From the NCBI GenBank assembly GCA_964016885.1, contig CAXHJY010000414.1:124001-188000 (forward strand): 64,000 nucleotides of DNA. Reading direction: 5' to 3'. Below are positions 17,024 through 29,039 of this stretch, one piece after another. The notes under the pieces are model-generated. The model was not told the origin of the DNA. It saw nothing but the letters and a program-made list of their open reading frames with translations, and ran no database searches. This stretch comes from Eledone cirrhosa. Its lineage: Eukaryota. The stretch's first letter is position 1. Every line of letters begins with the position of its first letter. The position numbers and the translations under genes are program-made.

Positions 17024-18199
17024 TAGAGATAGAGAGAAAGAGAGAGAGGGAGAGAGAGAGAGAGAGAGAGATTTATTCAATAATCAGATATGCTAAAAGA
17101 CTAATAGGAATGTGTTAACGATCTTAGCAATCATAGGAAATGGAGGCAATCAGGTAGATATTATGCGTAAATTTCAATCAAACAATATATTTTAGATCGC
17201 TATAACTGATTGGAAAATCTCTTGTATTATAGGTTTACTATATTTTACCGTATGCATTGTAGGGTTTTATTTGGGAAAACAGCATTTACATTAATAATAG
17301 AGACAACATAAATGTAAAACCAAACGAATAGAAAAAATAAACGTCAGCAAAAGAAAAAAACACGTATGGAAAAGTCTAAATACTTTTTCTGTATTTGTGT
17401 ATTTGTTTATTAACCACGAGCCCTTTCAGGACTTATGAGAGCGATGGGACAGAGTTTGGAAGATCTCCTCACATCGGAGAACTGAGTGAAAAGAGAACAA
17501 ATTCTACTAAAGCCACTCAAGGGCTGGGTAGTGATGTTAATGCAGACAACCTGTACCTTCTAGCCTCCTAATAGAACTCGTCAAGATTAGAACTCAGAAC
17601 GTGAAGATTCAGAACAAGTACTACAAGGACAATGTATTTCGTGGAAGACCAGCAATCGCCCATGTATACCTGACTCCCATCTCCACGCCACCGTTGTTGT
17701 TTAACGGAGAGAGGAAGGGTGATGCAGCTTGGCACTTGTGTCGAGTGAACAGGACTAACCTGAAATAATGTCTTGCACAATGCGCCACCCTGTCTAAAAA
17801 TCACACACCAGACCTGACGATTTTGTGCCGAGCAGCTTAACCACTGCAAATGTAAATTTATAATTTAAATACATGAGTATAAATATAATCAATGAAACGT
17901 ACTATCGTTAGCAACTAAAGAAGGCAGGGAAATTATATATGATCTTTATAGATATCAATCTTTGTTTAAGGAAGTGTTGCGAGTTATGTTTCTCTGTATC
18001 TTAGGAACGTTGGAAGTTCATTAGCAAAGGTAAAAAACAGACGAAATAAAGTAAAAAGCTAATGTAAAAATCTAATCAAAAGACAGTATAATAAGACATA
18101 TGTTAAAACAGAATAAGACTTGTTCAAAGCAGGTTGGAATTCATGAATTATGATAGTGTTTTATATTAATGTTCTGATCGATTCCACGAATGAAACATC

Positions 18200-18420
18200 T
18201 AATAATAATAAGAATAATAGTTTCTGATCTACGCACAAGGTCAGCAATTTTTTTTCTTTTTTGGGGTGGGATAGGTGGGAAGTCAATTAAATTGAGCCCT
18301 GTGCGTGACTGGTACTTTATTATATCGACTCCGTAAGGGTGAAATGCAAAGCTGACATCAGTGGGATTTGAACTCAGAATGTAAAGGGCCGTAACAGTAT
18401 GCCGCGAAGCAGCGTGTCCT
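18200..18420 (-). mobile_element. Diverged SINE, family of 4458
   Basis: ctggtactttattatatcgac...gggatttgaactcagaa. Confidence 0.7.
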
Positions 18421-19142
18421 ATGCTGTACCGCTACTTCCAAATAATAATAATAATAGAATACATAGGCTAGCGGAATAGTTGTCAGGAGCACTATAATAC
18501 ACCGAAGTTTTCAGGTTTCAATGTTAAAATGTCCTTTTTGTGTCGGCTGCCGTCGGGACCTCCGGTATGCTGGGTCTCAGGATTGATGTTCTATCCTGCA
18601 AACATGGGGTGGTTGTGCATACGGCCTTAAAAAGACCTTCCCGAGATGGCACGGTTGGTTTCTGTGGCAGTGCTTTCAGGATCTTATCCGCGGGGGCCAA
18701 GCTAAGATATACCACCCAGGCAAGGACCTAGAACTTCCCACCCCCCTTCTCCATTTTTCATTATTTAATTTCTCCTTTTTTTTCTTTTTTCTCTGCAGTT
18801 TATTATTTCAAAATACTTTATTACATACGTCTTTTCTCTAAGGAATTGGTTTTGGTTATGATTTGATAAAAAACATAATTAACATCTTAATACAGCCAGT
18901 CCTTACTTAACGACTTTGTCACACATACCAGCGATATCGTGGGGCAGTCAACATTGCAGCAATTGTACAACATTCAATTTTCTGACCCTAGAATGTTTCC
19001 CTGCACGCCACTGTTACACACAAAACCACATATCGATGATGTACAAACACAGTTTTATCACATGCTTGTATGCACATAACACACGTGAATTGTGTATATA
19101 TGCGTGCAGGAATAAATAAATAAATATATATATATATAGATA

Positions 19143-19501
19143 TATAGAGAAAATTGAGGTTGGTAATGGCACATGGAATATATAAGAGACAGAATACTTT
19201 TTTGTGAAAAAACATATAATTTTATAAGGTAAGGAAATAATAAAGGGTATAAAAAATGACCGGTTTCGATGGGTCTGCAAAAGCCATCTTTTCAAATGTT
19301 GATTAATATTAAGAAAAATTAATAATACGAAGAGTTAAAATTTGAGATTTGAAAATTCAAGTATAAAATTCATTTTGGGATTTCATAGTAGTTTTCATCT
19401 AGGTAGCAACAACAGGTTGACTGCTGTGTCCCTTTCTGGTAGTGAATGAGAAGTTATTTGGGGTGTGGGTTATTTTATAAAGGTCAAATTTAGCAATGGC
19501 C
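19143..19501 (-). repeat. 3' pseudo-LTR of the PLE
   Basis: Almost identical to 23929-24287. Confidence 0.92.
19256..19297 (-). ncRNA. Minimal type I hammerhead motif, U3-A8 variant
   Basis: Reverse complement: TTGAAAA-GATGG..CCATC-GAAA-CCGG-TC; stem I is weak. Confidence 0.6.
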
Positions 19502-19774
19502 AACTGGCCAGCTGCTGGTCAGTGAGGGGATGGAAGCTATATACATACATATATCTTCCTGTGGTGGGTAGGAGAGTGGAGCGTGATAGAAAGGGATTTA
19601 GTGCACTTACACCTATATATACACACATACCTTCATCCACACATACATACATATACATATACATACACATATACATATATATATATATATACATATACAC
19701 ACATACACACACATATACACACACACATACATATACATACACACATACACACACACACACACATATATACACAT

Positions 19775-19817
<43 letters not shown>

Positions 19818-20525
19818 TATATATACATACACATACATCCAGATACACACATACATACACACACACACATATATATATATACACACATATATATATATAT
19901 ATATATACACTCACACCCACACATACATACACACACACACACACATATATATACATACACACATACAAACATACACACACACATATATATATATACACAT
20001 ACACACACATATATACACACACACACACACATATATACACATACATACACCCACACACAGAGAAATGGCCTCCAAATATATATATATATATATACATACA
20101 TACACATATATTTTTTCCATAATATAAGAAGTTGGGACAGTGAAATTAAAATACAAGTCATTCTGATCACATTGAGTTCTTCATGTAGATTGGGCCCCGC
20201 AACCGACAGTGGTGAATTCTGTGTGCGCATATATATATAGATATATGTGTGTGCACGTGCAGGGTTTAACATGGATGTGTTGGTCACACAAAGGCATGGT
20301 CTGTCAACGAATAAACCTGATTCTACAGAATTGGTCTCTGGTCTTTCATAGTAGTGATTCCGTGCGTATGTGTGTTTATATTTTATGACAATTCTATTGG
20401 GGTGATAAGGAATAGATTTTCTTTGTTTATTCTTTGTTGCTGTGTGAACGAATCTGAGCACTTGTAGAAGGGGGAGATTTTAAAGTTGGGTAGTGTCATT
20501 CCTGCGCAGTTCGCAATATGGCTGC

Positions 20526-20939
20526 TCAAGGGGATTTTCTTGTGCTAGCGTCCCGGATTTGTTGGCGGTGGATGGTCATTCTTTTGCGTAATGAGGTGCC
20601 CGTCTGTCCTATGTAGTTGTGTTTGCACCCACCGCAAGTTATTGCGTAAATCAAGTTCGCCGAGTTGCAGGTGAAATTGTTTTTTACTGTAAATGTTTGG
20701 CCATCTTTGAATGTAAATGTTTGTCCTTCAGTGAGGTAGAGGCACGTTCCACAGTTTGTTCTACCACATTTGGTAACTGTAGGGTTGAGGATTGGTTTGG
20801 GTATATTTGGTCCAGTGAGAATGCGTTTAAGTGATTTGGGTTGTCTTTTACTTTTAAGGATCTTGTGTGTTTCAAGAATAGACTTCATTTTTACATCTTT
20901 AAGTAGGATGGGGAGGTTTTTGTGTAGGTGATCAAACAT
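20526..20939 (-). pseudogene. PLE GIY-YIG endonuclease domain with Cys-rich linker
   Basis: CGRTNCGTC...FTCNSANLIYAITCGGCKHNYIGQT...RKRMTIH; frameshifted relative to the RT ORF. Confidence 0.88.
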
Positions 20940-21063
20940 TTCGGTATTTCTGGGGTTGAAAGTGGATACATATGGCAGGGTGTTGAGTGTGGTTTTCTGT
21001 TTTGGATTGTTAAGTTGATGGGGATTTAGGTGTTTTGCCCTGTCTATTCCATTGTTGATTATT

Positions 21064-23424
21064 TCAAGTGGAAAGGCTCTTAAGTTCCTTTAGTCTTTGC
21101 TCCCGTTTAGGTGGATCTGATACTATGGTACATATACGTTTGGCCAAATTGTAAGGAATGTTAAGTTTTGTATGTTTTGGGTGACTTGATGTGAAAAAGA
21201 GGTATTGCTTGGAATCTGTGGGTTTATAGAATATATCTGTATCTAATTTCCCGTCTATTACAAAGATGAGAATATCCAAGAAGGCTAATTCCTTAGGATT
21301 GGATTCCATTGTGAATTGTATGTTATTATCTATGTTTTTTATCATGTTTTTAAACGTAGTAAGTGAGTTCATGTCTTCTTGCCATAGGATAAAGCAGTCG
21401 TCTAGATATCTTTTCCAATTGGCTTTGAGGTGTGTGTGGAAAGAGTCTCCAAATAAGAGAAGGGACTGACTGTATATTTGTTGTTCATGGAATCCCATGA
21501 CTAGGTTGGCATATGTGGGTGCAACTTTCGTGCCCATTGCCGTACCTGATACTTGTCTGTATGTTGAACCATTGAATGTGAAGTAGTTATTTTGTAGGAT
21601 AAAGCGGAGTCCGTCAGTGATAAAATCTGTGTTGATGCGTGTCGGTATTTCTGATAGGTGTGTGTTAAGCCAGTATTGGACTGCTGTTATTCCATAGTTG
21701 TGAGGTATGTTTGTGTAGATGTTTATTACGTCAAAGGAGACAAGAATTGTATTTGCACTTACTGTTTTAGGGAGGTGTTTCAGCATGTCAAGGTCATCTC
21801 GTATGTAGCTCTGTATATGTTGTAGAAAGGGTTTCAGTAGGATGTCCAGAAAGTTGCTAAGTCTGTGGGTTTCACATGTAGGGCCTGCTATAATTGGCCT
21901 GAGTTTTAGGTCTTCTGGTGGTGTTAGTTCAATGTAATTGTTGGTTGAGGTGTCACATGCATCGTTTATGGGTTTACATTTGTGGAGTTTCGGTAAGCCG
22001 TAAAAAGAGCTTGTATTGCATTTGAAGTGGCTTATATAGTTAAACTCTTTTGTGGTTAAGCTGTTGCGGTATTTATTCAGTAAGGTCAAAAGGTTCCCCA
22101 TTGTTTTGGTGTGTTTGTAGTTTTCTGTTTTTTCATAGTATGTGTTGTTTTCTAAAATGTTAAGTGCGAGGGTCCTATAGTAGTCCGTATTCATAATGAC
22201 AACAGTACTGCCTTTATCGGCTTCTTTGATAGTTATCTCAGGGTTGTTTCTAAGTGTGAATAATTCTTCCCATTCGTGTGTAGATAGGTTTGTTTTCGTG
22301 TGTTTATTTGTAATTTTTTCATAGGGAAAGTTGGTGATGTGTTCGCAGTACGTGTCCAGTGCTTTATTTCTTCCCTTTTGTGGGCAGAAATTGCTTTTAT
22401 TTCTAACCAGTGATTCGTCTTCAGTGGTGGTGTCGTTGTGGAAGAATTCCGTTAGTCGTAGCTTTCGGCAGTATTCCATGATGTCATCCTTCATTTCGGG
22501 GAAGTTTGGTTTACGTGGTGTAGGTGTAAATTTCAGGCCCTTACTTAAAATGTTGATTTGTGTGTTGGTTAGAGGTGTCTTTGAGAGGTTGATTATTTTT
22601 GGTTTCTCCTGAGGGGGGGGGGGGGGGGGGGGGCATCGAGTATCCTGGTATTTCAGGCTTTTCCCTAAAAAAGAAATGTAGTTTTGTGTGTGATTATATT
22701 TTGTTGGTCTGTTGCGTGTGGGTCTGTAGCTTGTTGTTTCATGAGGGTGAATGTGATGGTGGGGGTGGTATGTGTTGTGGTTGTTGATGAGCAAGGGTTC
22801 TGTTGTTGGTTCATGTGGTCTGGGTGCGTTATTTCTGTGGTACAGAGTGTTGAGGTTGGGGGGTTGTCTTTTGTTGGATTGAGGGTGATGTCTGGTGTGG
22901 TTGTGGGTAAGTTCTGTTGTGATTTCAAGTGGTCTGGGTGGATTTCTTCTGAGGAATGTGGTGTGTGTGTTGTGAGTTGGATCTATGTTATTTCGTCGTT
23001 GGTTTATGTAGGGGGCATTTCTACGGAAACCTGTGTTGTGGTGGTTGGGTGTGTTTCTTTTGGTGTAGTTGGCCGTATTTGGTTTGTGTTGGTGGGGGGT
23101 GTGCCTGTGGTTAGTGTGTGTTGGGTTTGGTGGTGTAAATGTGTCTGTTGTAGTTCTTGTTATGTTCAAATGCTTTATAAAGGGGTTACCTGTTTGGTGC
23201 GTCCTTTTAAAGTCTTCATATTTGAGGAACCAGTTTTCGGATTTTTCCCACCGTTTAAGGGAAATAATTTCTGCATTCTCGCAGTCCTGTTTCCACGATT
23301 TGATTAAATTTTGTAGGGTTGTTCCCTCGGCCTTTTTAGTGCATTCTTCCTCCATATTTTTATCAGTATCCTTATACTCTTGCTCGTTTGAGGTGGCCCT
23401 TAATTTTAGGAGTTCTATTTCCAT
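21064..23424 (-). CDS. PLE reverse transcriptase (disrupted at both ends by frameshifts)
   Basis: FYGLPKLHK, LRPIIAG, LVSFDVINIYTNIP, GTAMGTKVAPTYANL, WKRYLDD, AFLDI, YKPTD, SSHP motifs. Confidence 0.93.
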   Translation of the reverse strand: MEIELLKLRATSNEQEYKDTDKNMEEECTKKAEGTTLQNLIKSWKQDCENAEIISLKRWEKSENWFLKYEDFKRTHQTGNPFIKHLNITRTTTDTFTPPNPTHTNHRHTPHQHKPNTANYTKRNTPNHHNTGFRRNAPYINQRRNNIDPTHNTHTTFLRRNPPRPLEITTELTHNHTRHHPQSNKRQPPNLNTLYHRNNAPRPHEPTTEPLLINNHNTYHPHHHIHPHETTSYRPTRNRPTKYNHTQNYISFLGKSLKYQDTRCPPPPPPPQEKPKIINLSKTPLTNTQINILSKGLKFTPTPRKPNFPEMKDDIMEYCRKLRLTEFFHNDTTTEDESLVRNKSNFCPQKGRNKALDTYCEHITNFPYEKITNKHTKTNLSTHEWEELFTLRNNPEITIKEADKGSTVVIMNTDYYRTLALNILENNTYYEKTENYKHTKTMGNLLTLLNKYRNSLTTKEFNYISHFKCNTSSFYGLPKLHKCKPINDACDTSTNNYIELTPPEDLKLRPIIAGPTCETHRLSNFLDILLKPFLQHIQSYIRDDLDMLKHLPKTVSANTILVSFDVINIYTNIPHNYGITAVQYWLNTHLSEIPTRINTDFITDGLRFILQNNYFTFNGSTYRQVSGTAMGTKVAPTYANLVMGFHEQQIYSQSLLLFGDSFHTHLKANWKRYLDDCFILWQEDMNSLTTFKNMIKNIDNNIQFTMESNPKELAFLDILIFVIDGKLDTDIFYKPTDSKQYLFFTSSHPKHTKLNIPYNLAKRICTIVSDPPKREQRLKELKSLST

Positions 23425-23426
23425 GT

Positions 23427-23867
23427 TTATCCTGTGAGTGACATTTGTTCGCGGAGTTTTCTTTCTGGTTCAGGTTCGTTTGTAATATGCTTTATTTGGA
23501 ATTTACGTGGTAAAACTATCGGTATTGAGTTAATCCATTTTTGGTAAATTCCAGCTTTGTTGAGGTTTTTTATCATATTCCAGAAAGTGAATTTTCTGGT
23601 TTTTAGATGTTTTTTCCAGAGGTGTCCCATTTGGTTTTTGATATGGAGCAATGTCGTTTGTTCTGTGTTGGTATTCATAAGTTTTTCGATGGAGTTGCAT
23701 ACGTTTTGAACGTTTAAATAAATTTGGTTGTCAGTCGGTGTGGTGGTTTGGGGTATATCCTGTTTTTTTGTCAGAATGGTGAGTTTTCCATTTATCTCTT
23801 TTAGGATTTTCAGGATTTCCTCATTTATATTGGAGTTTGAAGTTGTGTTGTCTTGTTCCAGTGCCAT
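23427..23867 (-). pseudogene. Probable N-terminus of the PLE ORF (frameshifted)
   Basis: ATG-initiated ORF just inside the 5' pseudo-LTR and abutting the RT ORF. Confidence 0.65.
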
Positions 23868-23928
23868 TTTCCGGATTTGCGTAGGTTAGTATATATGAAA
23901 AATGTAATTTTCTACACAAAACGAAGGT

Positions 23929-24287
23929 TATAGAGAAAATTGAGGTTGGTAATGGCACATGGAATATATAAGAGACAGAATACTTTTTTGTGAAAAAACA
24001 TATAATTTTATAAGGTAAGGAAATAATAAAGGGTATAAAAAATGACCGGTTTCGATGGGTCTGCAAAAGCCATCTTTTCAAATGTTGATTAATATTAAGA
24101 AAAATTAATAATACGAAGAGTTAAAATTTGAGATTTGAAAATTCAAGTATAAAATTCATTTTGGGATTTCATAGTAGTTTTCATCTAGGTAGCAACAACA
24201 GGTTGACTGCTGTGTCCCTTTCTGGTAGTGAATGAGAAGTTATTTGGGGTGTGGGTTATTTTATAAAGGTCAGATTTAGCAATGGCC
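23929..24287 (-). repeat. 5' pseudo-LTR of the PLE (HHR motif 24042-24083)
   Basis: Direct repeat of 19143-19501. Confidence 0.92.
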
Positions 24288-24611
24288 TTAGGGACAAATT
24301 GCATTATACCCAGGGAAATAATAGTCCTAATAGTAGCCCTACCAGTGTTGTTATAACACATAATATGTCCATTGGTAATAGAGGTGTCTCGAATAGGAGG
24401 GTTCTAAATACCGGTGAAATGAGCCAGCAGGGTACCATTAGTCTAAGTAATAGCAATGGTAGGCCTCGCAGCTCCCCGCATAAACTAGGTGAGCATAGTA
24501 AGCGTAGAAATAATAATATTAATAATAATAATAATAATAATACTGATGGAAATAAAAAGAATAGAAGAAGATTGAATACATATTTCAACCCCCCCCCCAT
24601 TTAACTCTGAA

Positions 24612-25316
24612 GTGGCTATAAATATTCCTAGGGCCTTCTTCTCTGTGTTAGAAAGGAACTTCCCTCCTGGTAATAGGTACCACTCTATCCTCAATAAGAA
24701 TGTTGTTAAACTTTCGTATTCTACAACCCAAAATCTGGCCTCTCATCTAGCCAATACTAATAATAGGAAAATAAAGGAAGGCCTAGACAACCTAAGCCTA
24801 GGGGAAAACACGGTAGTGGACAGAGGGAGCCTGGACACACGTGGTCAGCAAGCTGGTGATCATTCTGAGAATAGCATCACTAGAAATTGTAACTGTAGAA
24901 GGGCTTCGGGTTGCCCCCTGAATGGTTTCTGCCTTATTAGAAACATAGTTTACGCGTGTGATGTGGTAACTACGGCGTCCACTAAAACTTATATAGGATC
25001 TATTTCCACCCCCTTTAAGACCAGGTTTAACTCTCACCAGTGCACTTTTAGACACAATAAACTGAGGAATTCCACCTCCTTGGCAGCGTACGTCCACAAT
25101 TTAAAAAATGCACGAACACATTACACCCTCACTTGGCGGCAGGTTGCTAAATCCCATCCATATACTCCTCATAATAGAGTATGTAACCTATGCCTTGCTG
25201 TATCCCACTCTATTATATTTGCTAAATGCTCTCTACTAAACAGAAAGTCAGAAATATTTTCCTCTTGCCCCCACCGAATATTAAGCTCTTTCTTCTACTT
25301 TAAACCTATTAGCTAG
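24612..25316 (+). CDS. PLE GIY-YIG endonuclease fragment
   Basis: IVY...TYIG...R...H motifs. Confidence 0.85.
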   Translation: MAINIPRAFFSVLERNFPPGNRYHSILNKNVVKLSYSTTQNLASHLANTNNRKIKEGLDNLSLGENTVVDRGSLDTRGQQAGDHSENSITRNCNCRRASGCPLNGFCLIRNIVYACDVVTTASTKTYIGSISTPFKTRFNSHQCTFRHNKLRNSTSLAAYVHNLKNARTHYTLTWRQVAKSHPYTPHNRVCNLCLAVSHSIIFAKCSLLNRKSEIFSSCPHRILSSFFYFKPIS

Positions 25317-27510
25317 CACTTTCTTAATTCTCCAGTTGGGCTATCTTATGTAACTGTCTCTTATTGTGTGTAATTGTTTCCTATTGTTTGTCTTCTATGT
25401 ATATGAGTCTGTGTGTGTATACGTATGCCTGCGGGAGAATATCGATCTGGATATTGAGGTGTACTTGTGAGTTGGTGTGTATGTTAATAAGCACCCCTGT
25501 TTGGCACAGTGGATGTGGCCCATCCACCCTCGCATAGCCACCCTTAGTGCATTGGTGGGTCTATCCCAACGTGTATTTTGTGGATCTGTACCACTGTATG
25601 CGCATGAGTTATGATGTAATATATCTATGTAGAGCGTGTACTGCGATATAGGCTGTACAAATGGAAATCTATCCCGTAACTGTGGGCTGACCTGTGCCAT
25701 CTCGCCATTAGCGGTGGATACGTAGCACATGCACGTGTTACCCTCCTATTCTGTGGTTTAAGATCTACAGGCTGACTTCGGAGAGCTCTTGCCCGGTGTT
25801 GTAGTCTTTCTAGCACAATCGGCCTTCCATATATCGACGGTCGTTTTTATTATCCCAAAAGTAACGTTTTGGCCCCGATAGCCCTCCGTAGTTATTAACG
25901 GTCTGTTTACACTCGAATCGGACTACACGTGTGGACATGCATATCTTCGTAGGAGTTTACTTTGATCAATTTTGCTGCATCTCCTCGTAAGAATTTATCT
26001 TGAATGTATTATCTGTGACCAGTGTGAGCGACTGTTCTGCCTGTGTTGGCCTAATGTGATATTTCTGTGTATTATATCCGCTTTGACCCGGGTGTCCTAC
26101 GCTGTGTGTGTGTGCGTGTGTGTCTGTATATACATCTATATGTGTATGGGTGTAGGTGGTTGTATATGTCTATGTATAAATATATATATATATGTATACC
26201 GTCTCTGCATATGCATGTCGTGTGTGTATATGCATATACGTACTAACCATATTGTTGTATAATCTTGGGATGCATCAATGTTGTGATCTCATGGATATTG
26301 GCATTTGAAGCAATTTTTTATATTTTTTATATGCGCTGTTGAGTATGCATATTAACCCGCCTAACCCAACTGTATTTGCTTGCTTTCGGCTAGCCCACCT
26401 GCACTTGCTTGCTTTCGGCCCGCCTATCTGCCTCTTGATGTTCATGTTGATGTAAACGATTTTGCTTGCTACCTTGTGACGTTGTGACACTCAGTTATCT
26501 GCCCGTGAATTTACCTTCCTTGCATACGTCCTCGCTGGTGATGTGGATATGCCTCTGTTGACCAATGGATTCCTGCCTCGAGTGTGAACCTTTTGTGATT
26601 GCCCCACCGCTCAACTGTGTGAATGCACACCCGTGACTTTAGAGTGTGAACTTCTGCGACTGCCTAACCTGGGATGTCTCCATTGCATTGCAATGGTCAA
26701 CTCAATCGAGTGTGGACATAGCACCTGTGATTATAAACCCCATTTGTGCATTTGATTGTTGTGATATGGCTAAATGTAACACTTAAGGCGTTCGTGTGCC
26801 CCTGATATATTCAAGAAATATATTCTAAAAATATATATCTTATCTCACTTTACTTTATTTTATTTTATTTTATTTCATTGTATTTTATTTTATATAATTT
26901 TAATTTTAATTTAATTTTATTTTATTCTTTACCCTTTATCTCTACTATCTGTATTTTTTATATATATATTTTTTATATTTTTTATATATATTATTTGTCT
27001 ATTTTTTATCCATTTTTTATCTATTTTTTATCTATTTTTATCTACTCCTATCTATCTTATCTATTCTTGTCTATTCCTTATCTATTCTCTTTCTCTTATC
27101 CATGGTTAATCTATTTTTTATCTATGGTTAATCTATTTCTATCCTTTGTTTATCTTACTTTTACCCATTGTATTTTTACCCATTGTATATCCACCACTCA
27201 TCTCTTAGCTTTTGCATACTCGTCCATGATATGTTATTGAATTAGTTATTTGTATTAGTCTATATGTTATTGTATTGGTTATTTGTATTAGTCTATACTA
27301 TATGTGTTGCATATGGCTGCCTGTTGTGTGGTTGCATGCGGGTGCTCATGCTTATGCGTATGCTTGTATGTAACTGTATGTTAACAGCACCCTGCCCAAC
27401 TGTGACTGTTAGCACTTATTATTTTTCAATGCTTATTTTTCAATGTTTATTTTTTATTTCTTCAATGTCTTGGATTTGTTATTGCTTGTGTAATATGTAA
27501 TCACTCTTTA

Positions 27511-27556
27511 TGCTCTGATGAGTCCCACTTATAGTGTGGACGAAACACTGTCAGCA
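27511..27556 (+). ncRNA. Canonical minimal type I hammerhead ribozyme
   Basis: tgct-CTGATGA-gtcc..ggac-GAAA-cactg-TC-agca: stems I and II intact, GUC cleavage triplet. Confidence 0.88.
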
Positions 27557-27712
27557 AGTAAAGATATACCTATGCTCTAAGCGTTCTTTGTTGTTAATTA
27601 TATATATATACATATATATATACATACACATATATATATATATATATTTACATACATACATATGTATATATATATATATATATTTACATACATACATATA
27701 TATGTGTGTGTG

Positions 27713-27760
<48 letters not shown>

Positions 27761-27780
27761 CATATGTATGTCTGTGTGTA

Positions 27781-27813
<33 letters not shown>

Positions 27814-27953
27814 TGAGTATATGTTGGTTATTTACCGACACCTCAGTATGCAGATTGGAGCACTCGACGAAGTACGCAGGTTGGTTTGTTTACTCCGGAG
27901 TAATGTAAAATAAGTAAGTCAAACATGTAAAATTTGGCTTCGTTTATTATAAA

Positions 27954-28499
27954 CTAGCAGTAAAGCCCGGCGTTGCTCGGGGTCGCTCAGTAGCTGTGTT
28001 AAAGTTACAATGTTAAGTTTCTTTTTTGGCTTAAAGTCTGTCTGCACGACTGTCTGTCTGCACGCCTAACGAAATTTATAGACTTGTTTTCAAGTAAAAA
28101 TATTGTTTTAAAAGGCTTTTAAATGGAAATGAAGCAAAACGGAAGCTTAGTGTTCGAACAGATGAATTTTGCAGGTCAAAATTTTGCTGGCTCGAGAACT
28201 GTTCGTGTATTGTGTTAATGTCATTTTAAACGCTGAGAAAGCCAGCGTAATTTTTTTAAGGCGCTCAATGTAAACAGAACAAAGGGAAATAACTCGTCAC
28301 TTACGCTCAAAAATCGATACATTAGATTCGATTTCGTCACATAGGGTGGGTCAATTTGAAATATTATTTTTCCGATGTCTTCGCTAGGGCTCAATGTACA
28401 AGTATAGCAATTTCGGTGCAATTCCGTCAGAGATTCTAAGAGGAGATGTGTGCCAAAAATCGATAGACAGACAGACAACCACAGCTTTATATATATAGA
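27954..28499 (-). mobile_element. Non-autonomous Helitron
   Basis: On the minus strand: 5' TC, 3' CTAG preceded by the hairpin cccgagcaacgccggg, inserted between A and T with no TSD; contains (GACA)n. Confidence 0.75.
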
Positions 28500-29039
28500 T
28501 TATAAACTCTCTGCTATATATATTTCGGTGACAGCTATTATTGGCTGTGACCTCTTTAGGCAGTCCGAATTGGTGTGGAAAAGACAGGAACACATGTTGT
28601 TGAAATGTGTTCCACTCTGTCAATACATCGATATGTCCAGCTCCTGGGTGTGTTGTTAGTCCTCCGAGGAACTGGAATCATATGGGCTAGAACAAACGAA
28701 TTTCAGCGTCAGAGGACACGCTCGTATCCCATTGGTCAGTTGTCAGACCACTCCCCATTCAAAAGTCTATAGAAATTCTTCTGAGACAGGTCAGCTTGTT
28801 ATAGTTGTTTTTATCAGAATGTTTAAGTACAGCTGACCTCCTTTACTGTGTTGGCAGTGGTAGTGGTGTTAAAAGGTCAGCTAGCAGGTCAACCTTAGTA
28901 TGCTGCTGCTATGGTCCGAAGAATGTATGTGCGTAGACTGGTATCTATCCTGCCTCCATTTCACGTGGTGGGGGATGCCAAACAAATAAAGAATGCGCGT
29001 GTGTTACAACCAATATGAAAAGATAGGTATACTTATAGG

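Larger units (their letters stand above)
19143..24287 (-). mobile_element. Penelope-like retroelement, near full length (Neptune-like Cys linker, tentative), flanked by direct pseudo-LTRs
   Basis: 359-bp direct repeats 19143-19501 and 23929-24287; RT and GIY-YIG coding segments between them; HHR-like motif in each repeat. Confidence 0.92.
24288..27600 (+). mobile_element. 5'-truncated PLE of a second clade (CNC..CPL linker; Nematis-like, tentative): endonuclease, long 3'UTR and terminal HHR
   Basis: YFNPP, NRYHSILNKNVVKLSYS, CNCRRASGCPLNGFCLIRNIVYAC, TYIGSISTPFKTRFNSH, CNLCL; homologous to 63182-63937. Confidence 0.85.

Noticed and set aside
18174-18203. CTGATCGA..GAAACATCTA hammerhead-like motif
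   Set aside because: Core insertion and no stem III pairing; could be chance.
18524-18731. Possible 3' end of a LINE ORF (DKILKALPQKP)
   Set aside because: Too short and too weak to assign.
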